17,613 bases of DNA from Trueperaceae bacterium (GTDB lineage Bacteria > Deinococcota > Deinococci > Deinococcales > Trueperaceae): the NCBI GenBank assembly GCA_040905465.1, contig JBBDRK010000073.1, positions 1 to 17,613 on the forward strand, written 5' to 3'. This document shows, one piece after another, positions 1 through 7,645 of the stretch. The first letter of the stretch is position 1. The number at the start of each line of letters is the position of its first letter. The position numbers and the translations under genes were made by a program. Under the pieces are notes generated by a model. It had not been told where the DNA came from. It saw nothing but the letters and a program-made list of their open reading frames with translations, and did no database searches.

Positions 1-12
1 AAGGAGCCGCCG

Positions 13-55
13 CATAATCTATTTGTCGCAGGTTCAAGTCCAGACGGGCCCGCCA
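13..55 (+). pseudogene. Degenerate tRNA 3' half (CAT anticodon, tRNA-Ile2/Met-like), probable att-site remnant
   Basis: CATAA..TTGTC-GCAGG-TTCAAGT-CCAGA-CGGGCCC-G-CCA has the layout of anticodon loop, variable loop, T-arm (GGTTCAAGTCC), acceptor 3' strand and CCA. The T-stem has 2 mismatches and no anticodon stem can form with positions 1-12. Confidence 0.7.
41..55 (+). repeat. 15-bp target-site duplication, left copy (CAGACGGGCCCGCCA)
   Basis: Exact match to 1384-1398; abuts the TGT end of the IS. Confidence 0.93.
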
Positions 56-60
56 TGTGA

Positions 61-105
61 TGAGTCGGGACATAGGCGACACCTGAGTCGCGTCATTTGT
101 GACAC
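61..105 (+). repeat. Two tandem ~23-bp subterminal repeats at the left IS end
   Basis: TGAGTCGGGACATAGGCGACAC (61-82) and TGAGTCGCGTCATTTGTGACAC (84-105); inverted counterparts at 1321-1342 and 1358-1383. Confidence 0.75.
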
Positions 106-1311
106 TCAGGGTGCTTCTGTCCCGCTCTTCTTTCTGTCTTCCGGCCAGCGGCCGGGGCTTCTGTCTTGGTTGCGCCAGTAGTCTTTGCTCGGGTCGATGG
201 TGTGGCGGCTGAGGATCTCGCCGGTTTCCTGGTGGATGACGGTGGCGGTGGTGTGGTCCACGAGGATGGTGACGCGTTCCCGCGTGTGCTTCCTTCCGAC
301 GCCGAGGTGGTGGAGCTTGCCGGCGTGGCGGAGGGTGAGGAGTCCGAGCTTGTCGACTCGGTCGTTGCGGATGCGGAAGTGGGTGGCGTCGGCCTGGCTG
401 GCTGGCGCTGCTTTGGGGGTGGCGCGGTAGGCGTCACCCGGGGTGGCATTGCCCGCTAGGGCGCGGTGCGGCCTGTGCTCATTGTAGTGCGCCCTGAAGG
501 TGTCGAGTTGGGCTTGGAGCTCCACTAGGGTCTCCGGGGTACTGAGGGATTTCAGGCGTTTTTTGAGTGTCTGATGGAAGCGTTCGACTTTCCCTTGCGT
601 GCCGGGATGGCCGGGATGTCCGTTCTTCTGTCGTACGCCTAGCTGAGCTAGGAGGTGCTCGAAGGCGTTCTTGCCTCCTACGAACCTGCTGGTGTATACC
701 CCGGCGTTGTCGGTGAGGGTGGAGGCTGGCGTGGCGTGCTCGTCGATGCAGGCGGTGAATGTGTTGATCACGTCGCTTCCGCCGACGCGCCTGTAGGCCT
801 TGCTGCACAGCAGGAAGCGGCTGTGGTCGTCGAGCCAGTTGATGATCTCGACTGTGCTGCTGTCGGCCAGTTGCCAGTGCGTGAAGTCGGATTGCCAGCA
901 CTCGTTGGGTTGCGCCGCCTGGAAGCGGATGAAGCTGCTCTTGGGGCGTTTCTGCGGTTGGGCTTTGACCAGGCCGGCGGTGCAAAGCACCCGCCTGATC
1001 GTCGAGGTGCTGGGCGGCTTGACCCCCTCTCGCTCCAGATGCCAGGCGAGGGTCACCGGCCCGGCGTCGAGTCCCTGGTTGGTCAGCTCGCACCGTAGTT
1101 CGATGATCCGGAGGCGAAGCGACTCGGTGGTCGCTCGGGCGTTCGACTTCGGTCGCCGCGAGCGCTCCTCGAGACCATCGATGCCCTGTTCACGGAAGAG
1201 TTTGAGGAGACGTTGAACGTGCTGCCTGGAGTACCCGTAACGCTTGCCTGCGGCGCTGACGGTCATGGCTCCAGAGAGCACTTGCTGAACAACAACCCGA
1301 CGCTTGGACAT
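106..1311 (-). CDS. IS481-family DDE transposase
   Basis: N-terminal HTH (TVSAAGKRYGYSRQHVQRLL...LEERSRRP); rve integrase core WQSDFT / TLTDNA / QGKVERFHQTLK; YNEHRPHRAL. Confidence 0.95.
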   Translation of the reverse strand: MSKRRVVVQQVLSGAMTVSAAGKRYGYSRQHVQRLLKLFREQGIDGLEERSRRPKSNARATTESLRLRIIELRCELTNQGLDAGPVTLAWHLEREGVKPPSTSTIRRVLCTAGLVKAQPQKRPKSSFIRFQAAQPNECWQSDFTHWQLADSSTVEIINWLDDHSRFLLCSKAYRRVGGSDVINTFTACIDEHATPASTLTDNAGVYTSRFVGGKNAFEHLLAQLGVRQKNGHPGHPGTQGKVERFHQTLKKRLKSLSTPETLVELQAQLDTFRAHYNEHRPHRALAGNATPGDAYRATPKAAPASQADATHFRIRNDRVDKLGLLTLRHAGKLHHLGVGRKHTRERVTILVDHTTATVIHQETGEILSRHTIDPSKDYWRNQDRSPGRWPEDRKKSGTEAP

Positions 1312-1320
1312 GAATGAGAC

Positions 1321-1383
1321 TGTCGCTCATGTCTCGACTCATGTGCCACCTATCAGCTGTCGCATATGTCTTGAAACCAGACA
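1321..1383 (-). repeat. Terminal IR plus internal repeat upstream of the transposase
   Basis: Reverse complement of 1321-1342 is ATGAGTCGAGACATGAGCGACA, versus ATGAGTCGGGACATAGGCGACA at 60-81. Confidence 0.75.
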
Positions 1384-1398
1384 CAGACGGGCCCGCCA
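1384..1398 (+). repeat. 15-bp target-site duplication, right copy
   Basis: CAGACGGGCCCGCCA immediately after the terminal ACA. Confidence 0.93.
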
Positions 1399-1505
1399 AA
1401 AAACACGCAAGGGCGCCAGCCCGCGCAAAGGCTCAGCGGCTTTGCTGTGGTACAGCTAAGTTGCGGCGTATGTTTCGACCGCACTTGACTTGGGAGTGAT
1501 TGAAG

Positions 1506-1997
1506 ATGTCGCGGCAGTCGATTGCCAATGTGCACCTGGTTGATGTCAGTGAGGCGAACATGGCGAGCGGTGGCGGAGTTGCGGGTAGATCCGCTGCAGG
1601 AGCGTTTTAGCAGGTCTGCGTTGTTCTCTATTGCCGAGGCGCAGTTCTATCCGGCCGTGCGACTGAAGGCCGTACTCGGTGCGGAAGGTCGGCCAGTGGG
1701 CTTGGTGATGTACGGGATAGATGACGAGGATTGGGGATACCGGATTTTCCGCCTGCTGATCGCCTCTGGGGAGCAGCGGAAGGGCTACGGACGAGCTGTT
1801 GTCCAAATGGTCATCAACGAGCTGGCCCCGCTGCCGGACTGCCAGGAAGTATGGTTACGGTACTACCGGACAACGAAGCGGCTGAAAAACTCTACTCCGG
1901 CCTTGGGTTCGTTGAGCTGAGGAAAGAGCGCGGTCAGGTGTTGGCGAGGCTCATAGTGGCCAGGGATCGCCACTCGGTTCACGGAGACGTTCCATGA
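1506..1997 (+). pseudogene. GNAT N-acetyltransferase (spermidine/diamine acetyltransferase-like), two frameshifts
   Basis: MSRQSIANVHLVDVSEAN | extra A at ~1560 | WRAVAELRV...QRKGYGRA...VWLRYY | missing base at ~1866 | PDNEAAEKLYSGLGF. Acetyl-CoA motif QxxGxG and motif B NxxAxxLYxxLGF lie in different frames. Confidence 0.82.
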
Positions 1998-2199
1998 TGA
2001 TGGCCAGACCGATATGTACGAGGCGTTGCGGGCCTACTCAGAGGTCGGGTTCAACGGTCCGATGAGGCCTGACCACGCGCCGGTCATGGACGGCGAGGCG
2101 AATACCGACCCCATGTATATGCACCTCGGACGATTATTTGCGATCGGCTATATCAAGGGGATGCTCGAGGGGGTCGATCATTTGGAGCGAACCGCGTAG
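1963..2199 (+). pseudogene. uxuA: C-terminal remnant of mannonate dehydratase
   Basis: Frame reads GIATRFTETFHDDGQTDMYEALRAY..GFNGPMRPDHAP...GRLFAIGYIKG, the UxuA C-terminal signature; upstream in-frame TAG at 1954 and no N-terminal part. Confidence 0.85.
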
Positions 2200-2337
2200 T
2201 GGCTGCCGCCCGCGGCAAGATCTTCATTGTTCTCCCGATCAGCCGCCTAGCCATGTCGGTGTGGGAAGCCACCGCTAAGATCGCGGCAAACTATCCGATA
2301 CCACCGCGTAGTCGCATCGGTAGTGATAGGAGGCACC

Positions 2338-3264
2338 TTGGCTGTGCACCGCTTTGTTCCGTCCAGCTTCTGTAACACCTTCGGGCCGCACGAAACCGTA
2401 CTGTCTATCGTCAGTGGTGACGTCGTGCAAACGAGCACCGTCGATGCGGCAGGTCGCGATAGCCGCGACGAACTAGTCGCAGAACGCGGCAATCCCCTGA
2501 CGGGACCCTTCTTCGTTCGGGACGCCGAACCCGGCGACACGCTCATCGTGCACATCCGGGCCGTCCGTCCAAATCGCATACGTGGCTTCTCGAGTGCTGC
2601 CCTTGCGCCGGTAGCCGTTGACTCCGACTACGTATGGGAGCTGGAGCGTACGTCCCGGCGCATCGATTGGCACATCGACATCGACTCCGGGACCGTGCGC
2701 CAAGCGAGGCCCGTAAAAGGTAATGAACACCTGGTTTTGCCGCTTGCTCCAATGCTCGGCTGCATTGGGGTCGCGCCCGAGCGAAGGCAAGCGATCACCA
2801 GTGCCACGTCCGGAAGGCACGGCGGAAACATGGACTATCGGCGTATTGGAGCCGGCATGACGATGATGTTCCCCGTCCTCACGAACGGCGCCCTGCTATA
2901 CATCGGCGACGCCCATGCGGCCCAAGGCGCCGGGGAGTTGACCGGCACCGGGATCGAGGTATCGGCCAACGTCGAATTGCAGATAGAGTTGGAGCGGTCC
3001 GTTCCGCCCGAAGCACGAGTCCTGTGGCCCCGGGGCGAGACCGCCGATGCCATCTTCACCATCGGCAATGCACGCCCACTTGAGCAAGCGTTGCAGCACG
3101 CCACCACGGAGATGACGCGGTGGCTCCGCAGCACTTACGGTCTTTCGATCGAAGCGGCGTCCATCCTCATCGGCCAAGCCTGCGACTATGACCTAGGCAA
3201 CATGTTCGACCCGGCGTATACGATGGTTAGCGTGATGGAAAAACGGTTTCTGCCCCGTCCCTGA
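2338..3264 (+). CDS. Acetamidase/formamidase family protein
   Basis: GNPLTGPFFV..AEPGDTL, PMLGCIGVAP, HGGNMD, GDAHAAQGAGE motifs; AGGAGG at 2328-2333 (start TTG 2338 or GTG 2344). Confidence 0.9.
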   Translation: MAVHRFVPSSFCNTFGPHETVLSIVSGDVVQTSTVDAAGRDSRDELVAERGNPLTGPFFVRDAEPGDTLIVHIRAVRPNRIRGFSSAALAPVAVDSDYVWELERTSRRIDWHIDIDSGTVRQARPVKGNEHLVLPLAPMLGCIGVAPERRQAITSATSGRHGGNMDYRRIGAGMTMMFPVLTNGALLYIGDAHAAQGAGELTGTGIEVSANVELQIELERSVPPEARVLWPRGETADAIFTIGNARPLEQALQHATTEMTRWLRSTYGLSIEAASILIGQACDYDLGNMFDPAYTMVSVMEKRFLPRP

Positions 3265-3392
3265 CCTGCTGACGCTGCTGCCATCAACCCCAACGGCCGC
3301 GAGTTGTTCGGAAGTTGGTTGTAACGCTGTTCAGCCTGTTCGCCTTGGCGTAATTCGATGCCGAACACCGTGGCCCGACGCGAGGCTCACTA

Positions 3393-3421
3393 GGTAGAGG
3401 AGCTTCGCGAACTCCTCTACC
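3393..3421. terminator. Hairpin between convergent genes (probable bidirectional terminator or stabiliser)
   Basis: GGTAGAGGAG-cttcgcgaa-CTCCTCTACC, perfect 10-bp stem; no U-tract. Confidence 0.65.
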
Positions 3422-3441
3422 GGATCCGCGAACCACGCAAG

Positions 3442-4254
3442 CTAGACACCGCCGAACGCCGAATAGCCACCGTCGACCGGGATGACGACTCCGGTCACGA
3501 ACCGAGCGGCCTCACTGCACAGCCACACCAGGCAGCCCACCAGCTCCTCGGGATCGCCGAAGCGCCCCATGGGCGTGTGGTCGACTATCAGTCGGCCCCG
3601 CTCGGTGAGGCTGCCGTCTTCGTTGAGAAGCAGGCTGCGGTTCTGCTCGCCCACGAAGAATCCGGGAGCGATGGCGTTTACCCTCACGCCGGCTCCATGC
3701 TCGCGCGCGATGTGAACGGCAAGCCAGCGGGTGAGGTTGTCGATACCCGCCTTGGCAGCCGAGTAACCTACCACCCTGGTCAGGGGTTTCTGTGCCGCCA
3801 TCGAGGAGATGTTGACGATCGACCCGGTGCCCTGCTTTGCCATCGTCCTGCCGAACACGAGCGCCGGCAGCAGCGAGCCCAGTAGGTTCAGGTCGACCAC
3901 TTCGCGTACCGCCTGGGCGTCCAGGTCGAAGAGGGAGGCGTCGGGGGTCACCGTCGCGTCGGACCTGTTTCCCCCGGCGGCGTTCACCAGCACGTCGACT
4001 CGTCCCCAGGACCCCAGCAACTCCTCGTGGATCCGCTCGAGCGCGGACTGGTCCAGCACGTCTGCCGGCAACGCCATCGCCTCGCCCCCCGCGGCGCTGA
4101 TGCCCTCGCTAACCGCCCTCGCCGTCTCGCCGCGGCGGCCGACCACTGCTACGCGGGCGCCGGCGGCTGCCAGGCCCCGTGACATCACGCTGCCCAGTAC
4201 TCCGGTTCCACCGGTTACCACGGCGACCTTGCCGTTGAGGCTGAACTGGCTCAT
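3442..4254 (-). CDS. uxuB: SDR oxidoreductase, D-mannonate oxidoreductase/fructuronate reductase-like (Bacillus-type UxuB)
   Basis: TGGTGVLG, NAAGGN, NISSM..PLTRVVGYSAAK, APGFFVGEQNRSLL..DGSLTERG..I..HTPMGRFG, DGGYSAFGGV, characteristic of the mannonate-reductase SDR clade. Confidence 0.8.
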   Translation of the reverse strand: MSQFSLNGKVAVVTGGTGVLGSVMSRGLAAAGARVAVVGRRGETARAVSEGISAAGGEAMALPADVLDQSALERIHEELLGSWGRVDVLVNAAGGNRSDATVTPDASLFDLDAQAVREVVDLNLLGSLLPALVFGRTMAKQGTGSIVNISSMAAQKPLTRVVGYSAAKAGIDNLTRWLAVHIAREHGAGVRVNAIAPGFFVGEQNRSLLLNEDGSLTERGRLIVDHTPMGRFGDPEELVGCLVWLCSEAARFVTGVVIPVDGGYSAFGGV

Positions 4255-5375
4255 GATCCTCCCGCCATCTTATCCACCACGACCTCACCGTCGGCGACGA
4301 CCGCCAGCAGCTCTACGCGCCGGCCTGCGGTGTCGATGAGCGTCCAGTCCTCCCGTGGCTCCAGCCCCAACAACTCCGCGGGCGTTCGGCTCACCATCCG
4401 CAAGGCAGAACCAGCATCGATTCCCAGGCGATTGAGCGCGGTATCGACACCGTCGAGCAGCGAGCTGGCAGAGCCGGCGAGGTACTCGGTTCCGAAGATC
4501 CGCAGCCTGCCGTCCTTGCCGAGCTCGACCTTGCCTCCCACCTGACCCTCGTATACGCCCGGCTCACAGCGGGCCAGCGAGACCGCGTCGCTCGTGAGAA
4601 CCAGCTTTTGGACGCCCTTCACGCGGAAGAGTACCCGCATGACACTCGGGGGTAGATGATGACCGTCGAAGATGGCGCTGGCCGTGAGCTCGTCTCGGGC
4701 CAGTTGCTCCCAGATCGGGTTGGGGTGGCGCGGAAGCTGCGCCGGGATGCCGTTGCCCAAGTGGGTGGAGAGCCTGGCTCCGGCAGCGACTGCCCGCTCG
4801 ATTTCGTCGCCATTGGCGACGGAGTGGCCGATGGCCACGACCACACCGTGGGCGGTGAGCTGACCTATCAGCTCCGCGGCCCTCCTCATCTCCGGTGCCA
4901 GAGTGAGCAGTCGGACCTGTCCGTTCGCGGCTTCCTGAAACTCATCGAACAGTGCCCGGTCGGGGTCGCGAATGTGCTCCTCGGGATGAGCGCCACGAGC
5001 GCCACGGTCGCGGGAGATGAATGGGCCCTCGAGGTGGATCCCCGGGACCGCCCGGGTCACGACCGGAGACTCCTGCCGCGCCCGTACGATGATTCGCAGG
5101 CACTTCTTCATGTGCACGAGGGAGTCGGTTACTACGGTGGGCAGGAATCGGGTCACACCTTCGGCCTGCAGGCGCCGCACTACCTCCTCGAAGCCGTCCG
5201 TGGTCAGCTCCCCCGAGTTGAAGTCGAATCCGGCAAAACCGTTCACCTGAACGTCGAACCAGCCGGGGCTCAGGTACACGGTGGATTCCTGTCCGCTCAC
5301 GGCTCGTCGCAGCAGCCGCCCCTGGCTGATGCTCACCTCGCTCAACTGGCCGCTCTCAACGTCGTGGGCAATCAC
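4251..5375 (-). CDS. nagA: N-acetylglucosamine-6-phosphate deacetylase-like amidohydrolase
   Basis: PGWFDVQVNG, HLEGPF, RGAHP, TLAPE, GHS, THLGNG, DGHH, TSDA, LAGS; AAGGAGG RBS at 5381-5387 (- strand); 4-bp overlap with the SDR start. Confidence 0.88.
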   Translation of the reverse strand: MIAHDVESGQLSEVSISQGRLLRRAVSGQESTVYLSPGWFDVQVNGFAGFDFNSGELTTDGFEEVVRRLQAEGVTRFLPTVVTDSLVHMKKCLRIIVRARQESPVVTRAVPGIHLEGPFISRDRGARGAHPEEHIRDPDRALFDEFQEAANGQVRLLTLAPEMRRAAELIGQLTAHGVVVAIGHSVANGDEIERAVAAGARLSTHLGNGIPAQLPRHPNPIWEQLARDELTASAIFDGHHLPPSVMRVLFRVKGVQKLVLTSDAVSLARCEPGVYEGQVGGKVELGKDGRLRIFGTEYLAGSASSLLDGVDTALNRLGIDAGSALRMVSRTPAELLGLEPREDWTLIDTAGRRVELLAVVADGEVVVDKMAGGS

Positions 5376-5432
5376 GTTGACCTCCTTATCGCCTATTGCC
5401 TATTGGCGAGCCGCTTCGCCTGCGCCTTTCGA

Positions 5433-5461
5433 TTGCGCCGCCCAGTGTCGCATGCTAGGTT
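5433..5461 (+). promoter_or_regulatory. Sigma70-type promoter for the ROK operon
   Basis: TTGCGC (5433-5438), 17-bp spacer, TAGGTT (5456-5461) with extended TG at 5453-5454. Confidence 0.55.
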
Positions 5462-5484
5462 ACTATCTAAACGAGAGAAAGTAA
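5460..5484. promoter_or_regulatory. Candidate ROK-repressor operator
   Basis: TTACTaTCT-N7-AGAaAGTAA, an AT-rich 25-bp imperfect palindrome in a GC-rich background, 2 bp before the ROK ATG. Confidence 0.65.
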
Positions 5485-5486
5485 TT

Positions 5487-6674
5487 ATGAGCCAGAGCCT
5501 GAATGCCATCCACGGTCGCGCAGTGGGCCGCAACGGCCTCCTGCGGGACCTCAACCACCGCGCCGTCTACGAACAGCTGGCGAACGAGGGGCCCGCCTCC
5601 CGTGCCGACCTGGCTCGCCGGCTCGAGCTGTCGGCTGCATCGGTAGGCAGAGTAGTGGAGGGCCTGATAAGAGCCGGTTTGGTCGAGGAGGGCGAGCGAG
5701 TCGCCGGCGGCGTAGGCAGGCCGCAGACCCTTCTCCACGTCAACGCCAGGGCGGGTCTCGTTGCCGGGATGAGTATCCGCTCTAAATCTATGCGGCTGCA
5801 CCTCAGCGATCTCGCCGGTACGATCGTCGCCAGAGCCCAGGTCGAGCGTACCGACGCCGGGATAGACGCATTGGCCGGCCAGATGCGAGATCTCGTCCTG
5901 CAAACGCGTGCAGCCCACGCGCCCGAACTGAAGCTGGCGTCGCTGGTTGTGGGTATCTCCGGCGTGTGGGACGAGTCCGACCGACAGGTCTACGCGGCAC
6001 CGAACCTCTCCATCCTGGAGGGCGTCGACGCCAGGACACTCTTTCACGCGGCGCTCTCCGAGCACATACGGCCCGAATCGGTTCAGGTCGACAACGACAT
6101 AAACCTTGCCGCTCTGGGCGAATGGGAGCACGGCGCGGCCACGGGGGTCGACAACTTCTTCTACCTGAGCCTCGGTTCCGGCATCGGCGGCGCCGCCGTT
6201 ATCTCCGGCTCCCTCTACCGCGGCCTGAGGGGCTTCGCCGGGGAGCTGGGTTATCTGCCCGTCCATGTTGGGGGCAGGTTGCGATCGCTCGAGCAGGTAA
6301 TCGGCCGCAGGGCGCTTGAAGAGTTCGCAGCCCACGCCGGCCTGCCAGTCCCCGGTGGCGAAGTCTTCGGCTACCTGGCCAATCAAGCTTCGGACCACGA
6401 CGATATAGCCGACTATGTGACGGAAGCGCTGGGGCAAGCGCTGGTTGCCGTCGTCGTCACCCTCAACCCGCGCCTGATCGTCCTGGGAGGTGGCGTCGGA
6501 CGTTACGGCTCCGTTTGGATCGAACGGATCAGGGAACGGCTCAACGGGTTCGTGCCCATCGTCCCCAGCATCGTAAGCACCGAGCTCGGCCGCGAAGCCT
6601 CGCTGATGGGTGCGGTCGGCCTCGGGCGGAACATAGCGCGCAGCACGTTGCTCGCCCTGGAGCTGGCGGCGTGA
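5487..6674 (+). CDS. ROK-family transcriptional repressor (NagC/XylR-like)
   Basis: N-terminal wHTH (LRDLNHRAV..GPASRADLARRLELSAASV..GRP), DNDINLAALGE, GSGIGGA, GFAGELGY. True start is ATG 5487; the ORF-track extension to 4656 is a shadow of nagA. Confidence 0.92.
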   Translation: MSQSLNAIHGRAVGRNGLLRDLNHRAVYEQLANEGPASRADLARRLELSAASVGRVVEGLIRAGLVEEGERVAGGVGRPQTLLHVNARAGLVAGMSIRSKSMRLHLSDLAGTIVARAQVERTDAGIDALAGQMRDLVLQTRAAHAPELKLASLVVGISGVWDESDRQVYAAPNLSILEGVDARTLFHAALSEHIRPESVQVDNDINLAALGEWEHGAATGVDNFFYLSLGSGIGGAAVISGSLYRGLRGFAGELGYLPVHVGGRLRSLEQVIGRRALEEFAAHAGLPVPGGEVFGYLANQASDHDDIADYVTEALGQALVAVVVTLNPRLIVLGGGVGRYGSVWIERIRERLNGFVPIVPSIVSTELGREASLMGAVGLGRNIARSTLLALELAA

Positions 6675-6735
6675 CCGGTCGTCGCTCACTGGAGCGAGGC
6701 GCCGCCTCCAGCCGGGAAATCGAAGGGGGGTGCGC

Positions 6736-7530
6736 ATGAGCCCTTCCGGTCCGGAAGTGCGGAAATACGATCGACTGCGAGTCGAAATCCACGCGAGCAG
6801 CGAGTCGTTGGCACAGGCGGCCGCTACTCGGGCCGCGAGCCTTCTGGCCGATGCGATCGAATCGCGCGGAACGGCGAGGGTGGTACTGGCGACGGGCAAT
6901 TCGCAACTCGAATTCTTCCGGACGCTCAGGCAGCTCGACAGTGGCGACTGGAGCGTGGACTGGAGCAAGGTCGAGGCCTTCCACATGGACGAATACCTGG
7001 GAATTGGCGAGGCGCACGTTGCCAGCTTCCGCCGCTTCCTGCGACGAGAGGTTGTCGAGCCGCTTGGACTGGGGGAGTTCCACGGTATCGAAGGCGATCC
7101 CGAGAGCGCCGAGGAGACCATCGAGCGCTATTCGGCACTGCTCTCCGCCAAGTCCGTCGACCTCTGCTGCATGGGAATCGGCGAGAACGGGCATCTCGCC
7201 TTCAACGACCCGCCCGGCGTCGACTTCGACGATCCCCAACTGCTCAGAGTGGTGGCTCTGGATGAGGTGAGCCGCCAGCAGCAAGTGGGAGAGGGTCACT
7301 TTCCCGAAATTTCAGCAGTACCGACCCACGCCATCACCCTCACCATCCCGGCACTGCTGAGTGCCCGGCACATCATCGTGATTGCGCCCGAGGACAGAAA
7401 GGCCGAGGCCGTCCACAAAGCTCTGGAAGGGGCGATCGATCCCTCCTGCCCGGCTTCGATCCTCCGCACCGCCGGGCACGCCAACCTCTACCTCGACGTT
7501 GCCTCGGCGCGCCTGCTGGAGCGCAGATGA
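6736..7530 (+). CDS. nagB: Glucosamine-6-phosphate deaminase-like protein
   Basis: VLATGNSQ, FHMDEY, GIGENGHLAFNDP, AITLTIP, KAEAV, CPASIL. Confidence 0.88.
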   Translation: MSPSGPEVRKYDRLRVEIHASSESLAQAAATRAASLLADAIESRGTARVVLATGNSQLEFFRTLRQLDSGDWSVDWSKVEAFHMDEYLGIGEAHVASFRRFLRREVVEPLGLGEFHGIEGDPESAEETIERYSALLSAKSVDLCCMGIGENGHLAFNDPPGVDFDDPQLLRVVALDEVSRQQQVGEGHFPEISAVPTHAITLTIPALLSARHIIVIAPEDRKAEAVHKALEGAIDPSCPASILRTAGHANLYLDVASARLLERR

Positions 7531-7570
7531 TCCACGTCGATTGCAATCACAAGCCGCCCGGAGTGGAAGC

Positions 7571-7601
7571 GGGGTGGTCGGCATGAACGGTTGATCGCCC
7601 C
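7571..7601 (+). other. RNA hairpin in the dctP leader
   Basis: GGGGTGGTCGGC-atgaacg-GTTGATCGCCCC, a 12-bp stem with four G:U pairs. Confidence 0.5.
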
Positions 7602-7645
7602 CTTCGCCTCTCGCCCCCCAAAGCCGACTCTAGTTGGAGGTAGAC

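Larger units (their letters stand above)
56..1383 (-). mobile_element. Complete IS481-family insertion sequence (1328 bp)
   Basis: Ends TGT...ACA; imperfect terminal IRs (TGT-N10-GACATAnGCGACA); single DDE transposase; flanked by 15-bp direct repeats. Confidence 0.93.

Noticed and set aside
1-55. Functional tRNA gene
   Set aside because: The anticodon stem cannot form and the T-stem is mismatched; treated as a remnant.
61-105. CRISPR-like repeats
   Set aside because: Only two adjacent degenerate copies with no spacers and no cas genes; explained as IS end repeats.
4656-5486. 672-aa ROK fusion with a long N-terminal extension
   Set aside because: The extension is antisense to nagA and crosses the promoter/operator; ROK homology starts at ATG 5487.
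5463-7121. 552-aa minus-strand ORF
   Set aside because: Antisense shadow of ROK/nagB in high-GC DNA; no recognisable motifs.
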